The notes: a model not told the origin generated them from the sequence alone. A DNA stretch of 64,000 bases from an uncultured bacterium (GCA_965368975.1 CBDUPA010000005.1:32001-96000); one strand, 5' to 3'; counted from the stretch's first letter, positions 48,615 through 58,674 are shown. Numbers and translations: made by a program.

Positions 48615-51600
48615 TCAGGCGGCGCGCAGGGCGGCGTCGATGAGTTCTTTCTGTTCTTTGTCGTGGGCGGCTTTAGAACCGGTCGCGGGGCTGGCGGAGG
48701 CGGGGCGGTAGATGCCTTGCAACTGCCTCTTGCCCAGGGCGCCGCCACCTGAGGCGCCACCGGTGAGATGAGCTTGCAGGAAGCGCCAGGCACCCATGTT
48801 CTCGGGCTCTTCTTGGACCCAGACGACGGGCTTGGATTCGGGGTAGACGTCGAGCACCTGGCGCAACTCGCCGGGTCGCAGGGGGTAGTACTGCTCGAGG
48901 CGCAGGATGGCGGTATCGTCGAGGCCGCGTTCAGTGCGGGCGGCGGTGAGGTCGTAGTAGACCTTGCCGCTGCACAGCAAGACCCGCTCGACCTTCTTCG
49001 GGTCGAGGCCGGTAGTGTCGGGCAGGATGCGCTGGAAGCGTCCGTTGGCCAGCTCGTCGAGGCTGGAGATGGCTTCCTTGTGGCGCAACAAGCTCTTGGG
49101 CGACATGACGATCAGCGGCTTGCGCAGGGGCCGGTGCACCTGACGGCGCAGGCAGTGGAAGAGCTGTGCCGGGGTGGTCAGATTCACCACCTGCAGGTTG
49201 TCCTCGGCGCACAGATTGAGGAAGCGCTCCAGGCGTGCGCTCGAGTGCTCGGGGCCTTGTCCTTCGAAGCCGTGTGGCAGCAGCATTGCCAGGCTGTTGA
49301 GCCGGTGCCACTTGTCTTCGCTGCTGGAGATGAACTGGTCGATGATCACCTGCGCGACGTTGACGAAGTCACCGAACTGCGCTTCCCACAGGGTCAAGCC
49401 ATCCGGGAAGTCGAGGCTGTAGCCGTACTCGAAGCCGGTTGGGCCGACTTCGGACAGCGGACTGTCCCAGACCTCGAAGCGTCCGGGCGGGCTGCTGACG
49501 TCGTCGAGGTGCTCGTGCAGGTACTGCAGCGGCAGGTAGAGACCACCGTCTTTCTGGTCGTGCAGCACCGCGTGGCGATGGCTGAAGGTGCCGCGGCCTG
49601 CATCCTGGCCACTCAAGCGCACCTGCTTGCCCTCGGTGAGGAGGGTCGCGAAGGCGAGCGCTTCGCCGGCCGCCCAGTCGAGCGGTCGTGCGCCGGCGGC
49701 CATGTCACGGCGGGCCTGCAGCAGAATGCGGCGCAGGGTCTTGTGGACCTCGAAGCCTTCCGGAACCTCGGTCTGAGCGCGCAGCAAAGCGCTCAGCCGC
49801 TCGGCGTCGACCCCGGTGTCGACATCCTCGACCTCGTGATCGATGTCGCCCTTGTAGGGGGTCCAGACGCCACCGCCGAAGTCGACGTCCGTATGCTCGT
49901 AATCGTCGCGGCGGGCTTCGTCGAGGGCCTTGTCCAGCAGCTCGTGGCGCTCTTTCTCGATGCTGTCGGCTTCTTCGGCGCTGACCTCACCGAGTTGCAG
50001 CAGGCTATCCAGGTAGCCCTCGCGCACCGACTTGCGCTGTGCAATCTTGTCGTACATCTGTGGCTGCGTGAACCATGGCTCGTCGCCTTCGTTGTGGCCG
50101 TAGCGACGGTAGCAGTACATGTCGATAATGACATCGCTGTCGAAGGTGCGGCGGTAGTCCATGGCGATGCGCAGCACCTGCGCCACCGCCTCGGGATGCT
50201 CGCCATTGACGTGGAAGACCGGCGTCTGCAGCATCTTGGCGACATCGGTGGCGTAGTGGCAGGAGCGGCCGCTCTCGGGCGGCGTGGTGAAGCCGACCTG
50301 GTTGTTGACGATGATGTGCAGAGTACCGCCGGTGCGGAAGCCGGGTAGCTTGCTCATGTTGAGCATTTCCTGCACCACGCCCTGGCCGGCGAAGGCGGCG
50401 TCGCCGTGGATCACCAGGCCCATGACGCGCTCGCGTCGGGCGCCGTCGCCGCGGCGGTCCTGTTTGGCGCGCACGCGGCCGAGGACCACGGGACCGACGA
50501 ACTCCAGGTGGCTGGGGTTGAAGCACAACGACAGATGAAGCTGCTTGTCGTTGGAGGTGGTGCGGTCCGAGCTGTAGCCGAGGTGGTACTTGACGTCGCC
50601 GCGGCCAAGGTACTTCTCCGGGTCCACATCCTCGAACTCGCGAAAGATGCGCGCCGCGCTCTTGCCCAGGATGTTGGCCATCACGTTGAGCCGGCCGCGG
50701 TGCGCCATGCCGATCACCACTTCCTCGACGCCGTGTTCGCCGGCTTCGTCGAGTGCTTGGTCGAGCAAGGGGATCAGGGTTTCGGCACCCTCGGCCGAGA
50801 AGCGCTTGGCGCCGCGGAACTTGTTGTGGATGAACTCTTCGAAGATCTGGGCGTCGGTGAGCTTGGTGAGAATGCGCAGTTGCTCGTCACGGCTCAATTT
50901 GCGCCGCTGCTCGGGGTCTTCCAGGCGCTCCTGCAACCAGCGTTTGGGCGCCGGGTCGTCGATGTGCATGTACTGGACGGCGATCGACTTGCAGTAGCTG
51001 GCTTCCAGGCGCTCGCGAATCTCACGTAGGGTGAGGAAGGTGGTGCCCGGGATGGTGGTGCTCGAGAAGACGGTGTCGAGGTCGTCCTCGCTGAGGTCCC
51101 ATTCTTCGAGCCGTAGCTCGGGAATGGTGTTGCGCTCGGGCGGGGGGCTCAGGGGATCGAGGTGGGCGAGCAGGTGGCCACGCACGCGGTAGACGCGGAT
51201 CAGCTGGTCGACGCGGTCTTGCTTGCGGTCGATGTCGCGGATGCGGGTCGACAGGCCGCGTAGCAGGCCGCGGGCCAGTGCCGGACGCTCGTTCAGGCGT
51301 GCCATCAGCACCTTGCCGGGCAGGCGCAGCAGACGGGTCGTGCCGCGGCACACGGCGTTGGCGATGCGCGGCTGCTGCTGCAACACGCCCAGCTCGCCTA
51401 CCATCATGCCGACACCGAGCTCGGCACGCACGCGGCCGTCGACGGTGATCACGACGCTACCGTCCAGCACCACGAACAGCGCTTCGCTCGCGTCGCCCTG
51501 GCGGAACAGCAGGTCACCGGAGGCGTACTCCAGCTCTCTGGCATGCTCGAGCAACTGGCGGATCTCGTCGTCCGGTAGGTCGTGGAAGAGGTCCAGGCTG

Positions 51601-51926
51601 TGCAGCGATGGCAGCAGGTCGCCGGTAATCGGCTCACGGCGTCGGGGTTGCGCCAGTTGGGCCGCCGGGGCCGTCTGGGCTGTCGGAGCTGCACCGGGAG
51701 GATTGAACAAGCTCGTCGCTGCGAACGGGGATCCGAAGCTGAGCTCGGAGGCATTGCCTGTGTCGACACTGCCGCCGCTGCTGCCGGCCGCGTCGTCGGC
51801 ACGCAGGCGCTCGAAGAGAGGGCGCCAGGCGGCGTCGACCGAATCGGGGTCGTCGCGGAAGCGTTGGTAGAGGGATTCGACGAAGGGGAGGTTGTCGCTG
51901 TTGAGCAGCTCGCCAAGTTCTCGCAT
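48615..51926 (-). CDS. sucA: 2-oxoglutarate dehydrogenase E1 with an inserted cyclic-nucleotide-binding domain (aa ~104-230)
   Basis: N-terminal ESLY..F..DP.SV..W; GMAHRGRLNV, GDVKYHLG, HGDAAFAGQG, SGQDAGRGTFSHRH, EGQGPEHSSARLER; extra CNB segment. Confidence 0.95.
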   Translation of the reverse strand: MRELGELLNSDNLPFVESLYQRFRDDPDSVDAAWRPLFERLRADDAAGSSGGSVDTGNASELSFGSPFAATSLFNPPGAAPTAQTAPAAQLAQPRRREPITGDLLPSLHSLDLFHDLPDDEIRQLLEHARELEYASGDLLFRQGDASEALFVVLDGSVVITVDGRVRAELGVGMMVGELGVLQQQPRIANAVCRGTTRLLRLPGKVLMARLNERPALARGLLRGLSTRIRDIDRKQDRVDQLIRVYRVRGHLLAHLDPLSPPPERNTIPELRLEEWDLSEDDLDTVFSSTTIPGTTFLTLREIRERLEASYCKSIAVQYMHIDDPAPKRWLQERLEDPEQRRKLSRDEQLRILTKLTDAQIFEEFIHNKFRGAKRFSAEGAETLIPLLDQALDEAGEHGVEEVVIGMAHRGRLNVMANILGKSAARIFREFEDVDPEKYLGRGDVKYHLGYSSDRTTSNDKQLHLSLCFNPSHLEFVGPVVLGRVRAKQDRRGDGARRERVMGLVIHGDAAFAGQGVVQEMLNMSKLPGFRTGGTLHIIVNNQVGFTTPPESGRSCHYATDVAKMLQTPVFHVNGEHPEAVAQVLRIAMDYRRTFDSDVIIDMYCYRRYGHNEGDEPWFTQPQMYDKIAQRKSVREGYLDSLLQLGEVSAEEADSIEKERHELLDKALDEARRDDYEHTDVDFGGGVWTPYKGDIDHEVEDVDTGVDAERLSALLRAQTEVPEGFEVHKTLRRILLQARRDMAAGARPLDWAAGEALAFATLLTEGKQVRLSGQDAGRGTFSHRHAVLHDQKDGGLYLPLQYLHEHLDDVSSPPGRFEVWDSPLSEVGPTGFEYGYSLDFPDGLTLWEAQFGDFVNVAQVIIDQFISSSEDKWHRLNSLAMLLPHGFEGQGPEHSSARLERFLNLCAEDNLQVVNLTTPAQLFHCLRRQVHRPLRKPLIVMSPKSLLRHKEAISSLDELANGRFQRILPDTTGLDPKKVERVLLCSGKVYYDLTAARTERGLDDTAILRLEQYYPLRPGELRQVLDVYPESKPVVWVQEEPENMGAWRFLQAHLTGGASGGGALGKRQLQGIYRPASASPATGSKAAHDKEQKELIDAALRAA

Positions 51927-52036
51927 CTCGGCGATTGTATCCGGAATCTTTTACTCCTGTCCCGCGGTAGTAGAGGGCAGGTACGGAGTATAGGTACGAT
52001 GTCGAAGTGCGCGAACCGGAGGAGGAACGGAGACTG

Positions 52037-53965
52037 ATGCAGATTCGATGCGATCGGACGCTCTCGGGAATTGTCAGGTCATTTTGGACACAGGTCTGGA
52101 CGCTGGCTCTGGTCTTGGTTGGGACGGCGGCGGTTCCCGCCCTGGGAAGTGCACTTCCATCCGAGGCAAGCCTGCCTTCCGAAGACGTGGTTTGGTGGCG
52201 CCTGGACACGCACAATTTCACGCTCTTCAGCTCCGCTGACCTGGCGGTCGCGGAGTCCGTTATCCTGGATCTCGAACGCCTGCGGGCGGTGCTGGCACGG
52301 CTGGGTGGCGAGAATTTGGAGCTGAACTCGCCGGTGCCGACCTACCTCTTTCTCTTCGCCGACGGAGAGAGTTTCGGGCCCTATACGCGTTGGAGGAGCA
52401 CGCAGCCTCAGAAAGCAGTCGCCGGCTTCTTCCTGCCCGGTCCGATCGCCAACTATGTCGCCATGCGCGGCGATCTCGGGGCCGAGCGCGCGTCCGAGGT
52501 GGTGTACCACGAGTACTTGCACTACTTGCTGGAGAGCAACTTTGCGGATGTACCTCTGTGGTTCAACGAGGGCTTGGCCGAGTTCTACAGCACCTTCCGT
52601 GTCACCCGCCGACACGTGGTGCTCGGCATGCCGATCCTTGATCATCTACGACGCTTGGAGAAACGGGGCTTGATGCCGCTGGACTTGCTCTTCGCCATCG
52701 ACAGCGACTCTGAGGTCTACCGGCAGCACAGCCTTCGTCGCGACACCTTCTATGCCCAGAGCTGGGCACTGGTGCATCACTTGCTGAACGACGAGCAGCG
52801 CCGGCCGCAGATTATGCAGTACTTGCAATTCCTGGCTGCCGACGTGCCGCTGCGAGATGCTTTCGATCAGGCATTCGGCGGTGACAGCTTCGCCACGTTG
52901 CGCGGCGAGGTGCAAATGGCGCTGGACAACCATCGCTTCCAAGCTACTTCCGTACCGCTGGTCGAGATCGGCCTGCTGGAGCCACCGGAGCTTCTGCGCC
53001 GGGAGCGCATGTCCCGTGCCGAAGTCCTCGTGCGGTTGGGTGACCTGCTGATCCAGCTGCGAGGTGTCGAGGCTCACGAGCCGCGCGAGTTCTTTAGTGC
53101 TGCTCTCGATCTCGACCCCGAGCACGGCCTCGCCTGGTTCGGTTTGGCCCAACTCAAGGAACGGGCGCTGAGCTGGGACGAAGCCGAGGTCCTGTACCGG
53201 CAGGCGGTGGAGCTGACACCGAATGATTTCCGGCCGTACTTCTTGCTCGCCAACAATCTGTTGCGTCCTTACAGCGGGCTGCGCATCTCCATGGGCGATG
53301 TGCAGGCAGAGGACCAGGCGCGTCTGCGCGAGGCGCGCATTTTGTACCGTCAAGCGCTGGAACTCAATCCGCGCTTCGGTGAAGCCTGGGGTGGTCTCGG
53401 GGCCAGCTGGCTGCTGGAAGAGCGACCTTCCCAGGAAGCCCTGGGGGCTCTCGATACGGCGCGCCGGTTACTGCCCGGCCGCAGCGATGTCACCTTCAAT
53501 CTGGCGGTGCTGCAGGCGCGCCTCGGTCGGCTCGACGTGGCTCGTACGCTGATCGAGCGTGAGTTGGAGCGTCCCGATGTCGATCCCAACCTGGCTCGTG
53601 GCGCACGCGAGGCCGTGCTGTGGGCCGAGGTTCGTCAGGCCGAGCGCTTGCTGACGGCGGGCCAGGTCGAGAAAGCCTTGGCTCTGCTCGAAGATGTCAC
53701 CAGCCGCGCCGAAGACCCGCAGCTGCAAGCACAGCTACGAGAGCATCTGGAGGCGGTTCGCTCGGCTGAGCACAACCCACTGCGGGCCGAGTATGAGCAA
53801 GCTGTCAGCACCATCGAACGCGGGCAGTACGAGCAAGCCGAGGAGCAGCTGGTGGCCATGCTCGAGAAATTGGGGCCGGAGCCCGCCGGCGAGCGCGAAC
53901 GTTCCTTGCGTCGTTGGGCCGAGACGCAGTTGGAAGCGGTGCGCTGGCTACGTGCTCGGCAGTGA
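52037..53965 (+). CDS. Secreted DUF1570/peptidase-MA-like HExxH domain + TPR protein
   Basis: Signal-like N-terminus; HEYLH, PLWFNEGLAE, FYAQSWALVH motifs; TPR repeats. Confidence 0.8.
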   Translation: MQIRCDRTLSGIVRSFWTQVWTLALVLVGTAAVPALGSALPSEASLPSEDVVWWRLDTHNFTLFSSADLAVAESVILDLERLRAVLARLGGENLELNSPVPTYLFLFADGESFGPYTRWRSTQPQKAVAGFFLPGPIANYVAMRGDLGAERASEVVYHEYLHYLLESNFADVPLWFNEGLAEFYSTFRVTRRHVVLGMPILDHLRRLEKRGLMPLDLLFAIDSDSEVYRQHSLRRDTFYAQSWALVHHLLNDEQRRPQIMQYLQFLAADVPLRDAFDQAFGGDSFATLRGEVQMALDNHRFQATSVPLVEIGLLEPPELLRRERMSRAEVLVRLGDLLIQLRGVEAHEPREFFSAALDLDPEHGLAWFGLAQLKERALSWDEAEVLYRQAVELTPNDFRPYFLLANNLLRPYSGLRISMGDVQAEDQARLREARILYRQALELNPRFGEAWGGLGASWLLEERPSQEALGALDTARRLLPGRSDVTFNLAVLQARLGRLDVARTLIERELERPDVDPNLARGAREAVLWAEVRQAERLLTAGQVEKALALLEDVTSRAEDPQLQAQLREHLEAVRSAEHNPLRAEYEQAVSTIERGQYEQAEEQLVAMLEKLGPEPAGERERSLRRWAETQLEAVRWLRARQ

Positions 53966-54033
53966 CTTCAGAGTGATTCTCAGAGTTTCTAGTCTCTGAG
54001 TGATGCCTCGGAGGTTTCGGAGTCAGCGTCGAA

Positions 54034-55245
54034 TCAAGTCGAGACGAGTTGGGCGATGCTCTTGCCGACCCGCGGTGCGGCTTGCCAGGAACCAAAGATG
54101 AAGCGTTGCGCCGGGCCGAAGGCCCCCTCGGAGATGCCACCGGCCATGTAGAGGCCGGGCACCACGGTCTGGAAGGCTCCGTCCAGGGCCGGTGGCTGGT
54201 CGGGGTCACCGAGGGCGTCACGCAGGCGGTCCGAGAGGAACGGGATGCCGCGGACGGTACAGCGGTAGCCCGTCGCCGCGATCACACGGTCAAAGGGGCG
54301 CTCGTCGCCGGTCTCGGCCGAGGCTGCGGTGCAGATGATGCCACCTTCGACCGCCGTGAGCCCCAGTTCGGCCGCGTCGCCGTAAATCTTCCTCACGGCA
54401 CCATCTTGGAACACTGGCCTCAGGTCTGGCGTCACCGTGGTACGGAAGCACGTACGGCCGAGCCATACGCGCAGGGGCTGTGGCAGCCGGTAGTAGGCGG
54501 CGGAGCCGCGCAGTACCAGGCGGAAGAGCGGCCGTGGTAGCCGCAGTGGCTCGCCGAAGAATGACGGCGCCTCGCGCATCGCCCAGGTGACCTCGTTGCC
54601 GTGACGTCGCAGGCAGGCGACGGTCTCCGCGGCGCTCTGGCCGCTGCCGATCACCAGCAGTCTCTCGCCTTGCAGCGGCTGAATACGGTCGGTTTGCCAG
54701 CTGTGCAGCACGCGCTCGGTCGGCAGTGCCGCCAGCGGTGGTGGAAAGTGCTGGTGCGGTCCCATTCCGGTGGCGACAACCACCGCTCTGGCCGTCACCT
54801 CCTGGCCGTCGTCGAAGCGAGCACGGAAGCTGGGATGGTGGGCTTGCTGCAGCGCTCCGTCCTCCAGCAAGCGAGGCTCATCAGCGAAGTCCAGATGCTC
54901 GACCTGGGCTGGTTCGACCTCGAACGGCAGCTGGTCGGACACCCAGTGCAAGTAGTCGCGGAAGATCGCCACCGGCACCTGACCATCGACCATCGGTGTC
55001 CTGCCATTCGATGGTGCCTTGCCGTTCAGCTGCGTCTTGAAGTGGCGGAAAGCGTAGCGGCCGTCGCGCGAGTAGATCTCCGAGGCGTTCTGGTCCGAGC
55101 GCAGCTTGATCGAGTCCAGCGTGTGCTGCAGCCACAGGGCGAAAGGTTCGCCACAGATCCGGAAGCCGAGGCCGCGGTGGTGCAGTTCTTGAGCGATGCC
55201 GGTGCCATACGGCCCGGCGCCGATAATCAGAGCTTGGTTGTCCAT
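54034..55245 (-). CDS. FAD/NAD(P)-dependent oxidoreductase (flavoprotein monooxygenase-like)
   Basis: IIGAGPYG, VVVATG, VIGSGQSAAE, VIAATGY, VPGLYMAG..FGP..RF. Confidence 0.85.
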   Translation of the reverse strand: MDNQALIIGAGPYGTGIAQELHHRGLGFRICGEPFALWLQHTLDSIKLRSDQNASEIYSRDGRYAFRHFKTQLNGKAPSNGRTPMVDGQVPVAIFRDYLHWVSDQLPFEVEPAQVEHLDFADEPRLLEDGALQQAHHPSFRARFDDGQEVTARAVVVATGMGPHQHFPPPLAALPTERVLHSWQTDRIQPLQGERLLVIGSGQSAAETVACLRRHGNEVTWAMREAPSFFGEPLRLPRPLFRLVLRGSAAYYRLPQPLRVWLGRTCFRTTVTPDLRPVFQDGAVRKIYGDAAELGLTAVEGGIICTAASAETGDERPFDRVIAATGYRCTVRGIPFLSDRLRDALGDPDQPPALDGAFQTVVPGLYMAGGISEGAFGPAQRFIFGSWQAAPRVGKSIAQLVST

Positions 55246-55253
55246 CGAGTGTC

Positions 55254-56081
55254 TTAGCGGTCTTGGGCTTCGCCGGTCATCGTCGGTGCGCGTACCGGCG
55301 CTACCTTGCGGCGTTCGAGGCCGTCCTCGGTCTTGGTGATCACGACGAGGTCTTGCAAGAACTCGCCGCCGCCGATCGGGATCACCATCTTACCGCCATC
55401 TTTGAGTTGGTCGAGTAGCGGTTGCGGAATAAAGGGGGGAGCGGCAGTGAGGATGATGGCGTCGAAGGGCGCTTGCGCCGGCCAGCCGTTGTAACCGTCG
55501 CCGATACGCACGTCGATGTTCGTAAAGCCCATGGTTGCCAGCCGTCGCCGGGCCAGGCGGCCGAGCACTTCGCTGATCTCGACCGTACACACCTGACGCG
55601 CCACGCGCGCCAGGACTGCAGTGTGGTAGCCCGAGCCAGTACCGATCTCCAGCACCTTCTCGTCACCGCTCAATTCGAGCAACTCGGTCATGCGCGCCAC
55701 CATGTAGGGCGGGTAGATGCTGGGCCCCTCGTGGCCCGCTCCGGTCAGTGGGATCGGCTCGTCCTCGTAGGCGCGGGCGCGCAGCCGGTCGGGGACGAAG
55801 AGGTGTCGCGGCACGTTCTCCATGGCTTCGAGCACGGACTCCTGCGAGATGCCGCGCGGGATGATCTGTTCCTGCACCATCATCTGCCGCAGGTCGCGCT
55901 GTGAGGGGTCGTCACCGAGAGTTCCGGGAGCCGCGGTCTGAGCCGCCGCGGGTTGCACAGTGGGTATTGCGAGCAGGCCGCAAACGAGCAGGCTGCAGAC
56001 AAGCCGGCCGGAGGAGAGGCAGCTCATCCACCGGGGTGCTGCGAGGCGTCCGGCGCCCACGGCCGGCTGGCGAGGACTCAC
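55254..56081 (-). CDS. pcm: Protein-L-isoaspartate O-methyltransferase homologue (divergent copy, signal-peptide-like N-terminus)
   Basis: VPRHLFVP, VLEIGTGSGY, GDGYNGW..APFDAIILTAA; GTGA overlap with upstream gene. Confidence 0.82.
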   Translation of the reverse strand: MSPRQPAVGAGRLAAPRWMSCLSSGRLVCSLLVCGLLAIPTVQPAAAQTAAPGTLGDDPSQRDLRQMMVQEQIIPRGISQESVLEAMENVPRHLFVPDRLRARAYEDEPIPLTGAGHEGPSIYPPYMVARMTELLELSGDEKVLEIGTGSGYHTAVLARVARQVCTVEISEVLGRLARRRLATMGFTNIDVRIGDGYNGWPAQAPFDAIILTAAPPFIPQPLLDQLKDGGKMVIPIGGGEFLQDLVVITKTEDGLERRKVAPVRAPTMTGEAQDR

Positions 56082-56944
56082 GGGGTTTCTTCCTCTCGGA
56101 CCTTGCCCGTCATGGGCACGAAGCGCACCGGACTGACGGTGCGTCGGCGGTAGCCGTCCTCCGTCTTGGTCAGCACGATCAGATCTTGCATGAAGTCACC
56201 CAGGGGGAGCACCAGTCGACCGCCCACGACCAACTGGTCGAGCAGCGGTTCCGGGATGCGTGGGGGTGCGGCGGTGAGCAAGATGGCGTCGAAGGGGGCG
56301 TGCTCGGGCCAGCCATCGTAGCCATCGCCAATGCGCGTGTGCACGTTGTCGTACCCCAGGCTTCGTAAGACCGTCGCCGCCCGCTGGCCTAGTGGTCCCA
56401 CGATCTCGATGGTGTAGACATCTTTGACCAGCTCAGCGAGGATTGCCGCTTGGTAGCCAGAGCCGGTGCCGATCTCGAGCACTTTGAAGTCGGGTTCCAG
56501 GGTCAGCAACTCGGTCATGGTAGCGACCACCAGCGGCTGCGAGATGGTCTGGTCCCAGCCGATCGGTAACGGGTAGTCCTCGTAGGCTTCGTCTCGCTGA
56601 TCCTCTGGCACGAACTCGTGTCGCGGCACGGTCTCCATGGCCCGCAGTACGCCGGGGTCCGTGATGCCACGGGCGCGGATCTGGTCGCTCACCATGCGCT
56701 GGCGAGCGAGGAGCGGGTCGGCGGGGGTATTGCTGTTCATGGTGAGCGGGGCGCTGGATGCACGTCGCTGCGGAGCCGCTATGAGCACCGTGGCCATCAG
56801 CAGTCCGGCGACCGCGAAGGCACTGCTGAGCAAGACCAGAGAAGTCCGAGCGCGGTCGCGGCGACGAAGCGGCCGTCCAGCCAGGCTGCGAGCCCTGCGC
56901 CGAGCGGTGCTTCGAGCGGTGCCATGACCGGCGGGACAGGTCAT
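56078..56944 (-). CDS. pcm: Protein-L-isoaspartate O-methyltransferase (canonical motifs, N-terminal hydrophobic helix)
   Basis: VPRHEFVP, QTISQP, VLEIGTGSGYQAA, APFDAILLTAA, VRFVPMTG; ATGA overlap with upstream gene. Confidence 0.9.
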   Translation of the reverse strand: MTCPAGHGTARSTARRRARSLAGRPLRRRDRARTSLVLLSSAFAVAGLLMATVLIAAPQRRASSAPLTMNSNTPADPLLARQRMVSDQIRARGITDPGVLRAMETVPRHEFVPEDQRDEAYEDYPLPIGWDQTISQPLVVATMTELLTLEPDFKVLEIGTGSGYQAAILAELVKDVYTIEIVGPLGQRAATVLRSLGYDNVHTRIGDGYDGWPEHAPFDAILLTAAPPRIPEPLLDQLVVGGRLVLPLGDFMQDLIVLTKTEDGYRRRTVSPVRFVPMTGKVREEETP

Positions 56945-58674
56945 GGGGAGGGGGTTTCCACGTCGCGCTGGAACACGATCTCTCCATCGACCAGGGTCAG
57001 GTCGACCTGTACCGAGGGGATCTCGCGAGCGTCTACGGTCATGATATCGCGCTCGAAGACCACGATGTCAGCCCGCTTGCCTGGGGCCAGGGAGCCGACC
57101 TCGCCGTCCAGGAACAGCGAGTACGCGGCGTCGAGCGTGAAGCCTCGCAGGGCTTCTTCCCGGCTCAGGCGCTCGTCCGGTAGCCAGCCACCTTCGGGTG
57201 CGCCGTTCGTATCCTGACGGGTCACGGCGGCATACAGGCCGAGACGCGGATCCGGATACTCGACCGGGAAGTCGCTGCCCAGCGCCAGGCGGCCGCCGGC
57301 GTCGAGTACCTTGCGCCAGGCGTAGGCACCCTCCAGTCGACGGTGCCCGACACGGTCGCCGGCCCACGGCATGTCCGAGGTGGCGTGGGTGGGCTGCATC
57401 GAAGCGATGATGCCGAGGCGAGCGAGGCGGGCGAGGTCGGAGGTGCGGGCGATCTGGACGTGCTCGATGCGGAAGCGCACTTCGGGCCGTGGCCGACCGT
57501 CGAAGGCGGCCTCGAGCGCGTCGAGCACCATCAAGTTGCCGCGGTCGCCGATCGCGTGGATGCCGACCTGGAAGCCTCGATCCAGGGCTTTGCGAGCCAC
57601 GTCGAGAACGTGGTCGCCACGGGTGGTCAGTAGGCCCAGGTTGCCGGCGTCGTCGCTGTAGGGCTCGACCAGCGCCGCGCCGCGGCTACCCAGAGCGCCG
57701 TCTCCGTAGAGCTTGATGCCGCGCACCTGCAGGCGTGCCTGGGGATCGAGCATCGGGCCGCGCTGGAACCAGGTGTCGAGCAGCTCGGCGTCGTCCGTCA
57801 GGAAGAGGGCGGCGCGCAGGGGCAATTCGTCGGCCTGGCGTAGCGTGTGGTAGGCCTCCAGGGTCGCGCCGCCGACACCCATGTCGGTGACCGTCGTCAG
57901 GCCGAGTCGCAGACAGGTCTGTGCCGCCAGCGTCAGCCTCCGTGTGCGATCCTCAAGGCTCGGCGCAGGTACGCGAGCGCCGACGACGTCCATGGCGTTG
58001 TCGATCAGGACGCCGGTCAGGGCTCCGTCGTCGTCACGCAGAAAGCGTCCGCCGGAAGGGTCTTTGAGAACCTCGGCGGAGTCCCCGGTGGGAAGGCCCA
58101 GCGCCACGAGTGCCGCTTGGTTGAGCAGCGCGGCGTGGCCGTCGACGCGCGTGGCCCACACAGGGTGTTCGGGCAGTGCCTCGGACAGGGACCGGTGGTG
58201 CGGAAAGTCCTTCTCCAGCCATCGGTTCTGATCCCAGCCGCGTCCCCGCACCCAGCTACCGACGGGCAGCGACTCGGCGGCCGCGCGCAGGCGCGCGATC
58301 ACCTCGTTGTAGCTTGCAGCTCCGGTCAAATCGACCTGCTCGAGCGCCGTGCCGAGATTCTCCAGGTGACTGTGTGCATCAATCAGGCCGGGGATGACGG
58401 TGCGTCCCTGCAACTCGACGATCCGCGTTTCGGCACCACGGAACCGGTTGGCCTGTGCGTCCGGGCCAACGAAGAGGATGCGTCCTCCCTGGATGACGAG
58501 GCTGCCTTCGATCCGTCCTGGCGGCTGGACAGGGTAGATCACGCCGCCGCGTAGGATGAGGTCGGCGGACGGTGGTGTGCTGGCGGTGGGGCTGGTAGCT
58601 CCACTCGTCGCCTGGGGCAACGTCAACAAGGCGAACGTCAAGGCAGCGGGGATCATTCTCATCGTCATCCTCAT
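56941..58674 (-). CDS. Secreted amidohydrolase (Amidohydro_3/YtcJ family)
   Basis: PGLIDAHSH, RVDGHA, IKLYGDGALGSRGA, HAIGDRGN, RIEHVQ, SMQPTHA, GSDFPVE, GKRAD; start uncertain (58674-58656). Confidence 0.9.
   Translation of the reverse strand: MRMTMRMIPAALTFALLTLPQATSGATSPTASTPPSADLILRGGVIYPVQPPGRIEGSLVIQGGRILFVGPDAQANRFRGAETRIVELQGRTVIPGLIDAHSHLENLGTALEQVDLTGAASYNEVIARLRAAAESLPVGSWVRGRGWDQNRWLEKDFPHHRSLSEALPEHPVWATRVDGHAALLNQAALVALGLPTGDSAEVLKDPSGGRFLRDDDGALTGVLIDNAMDVVGARVPAPSLEDRTRRLTLAAQTCLRLGLTTVTDMGVGGATLEAYHTLRQADELPLRAALFLTDDAELLDTWFQRGPMLDPQARLQVRGIKLYGDGALGSRGAALVEPYSDDAGNLGLLTTRGDHVLDVARKALDRGFQVGIHAIGDRGNLMVLDALEAAFDGRPRPEVRFRIEHVQIARTSDLARLARLGIIASMQPTHATSDMPWAGDRVGHRRLEGAYAWRKVLDAGGRLALGSDFPVEYPDPRLGLYAAVTRQDTNGAPEGGWLPDERLSREEALRGFTLDAAYSLFLDGEVGSLAPGKRADIVVFERDIMTVDAREIPSVQVDLTLVDGEIVFQRDVETPSP

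Noticed and set aside
55254-56944. pcm genes as dedicated aspartimide-forming maturases of the graspetide
   Set aside because: They lie about 16 kb away in a different operon and lack the C-terminal extension typical of RiPP PIMTs; kept only as a testable side hypothesis.
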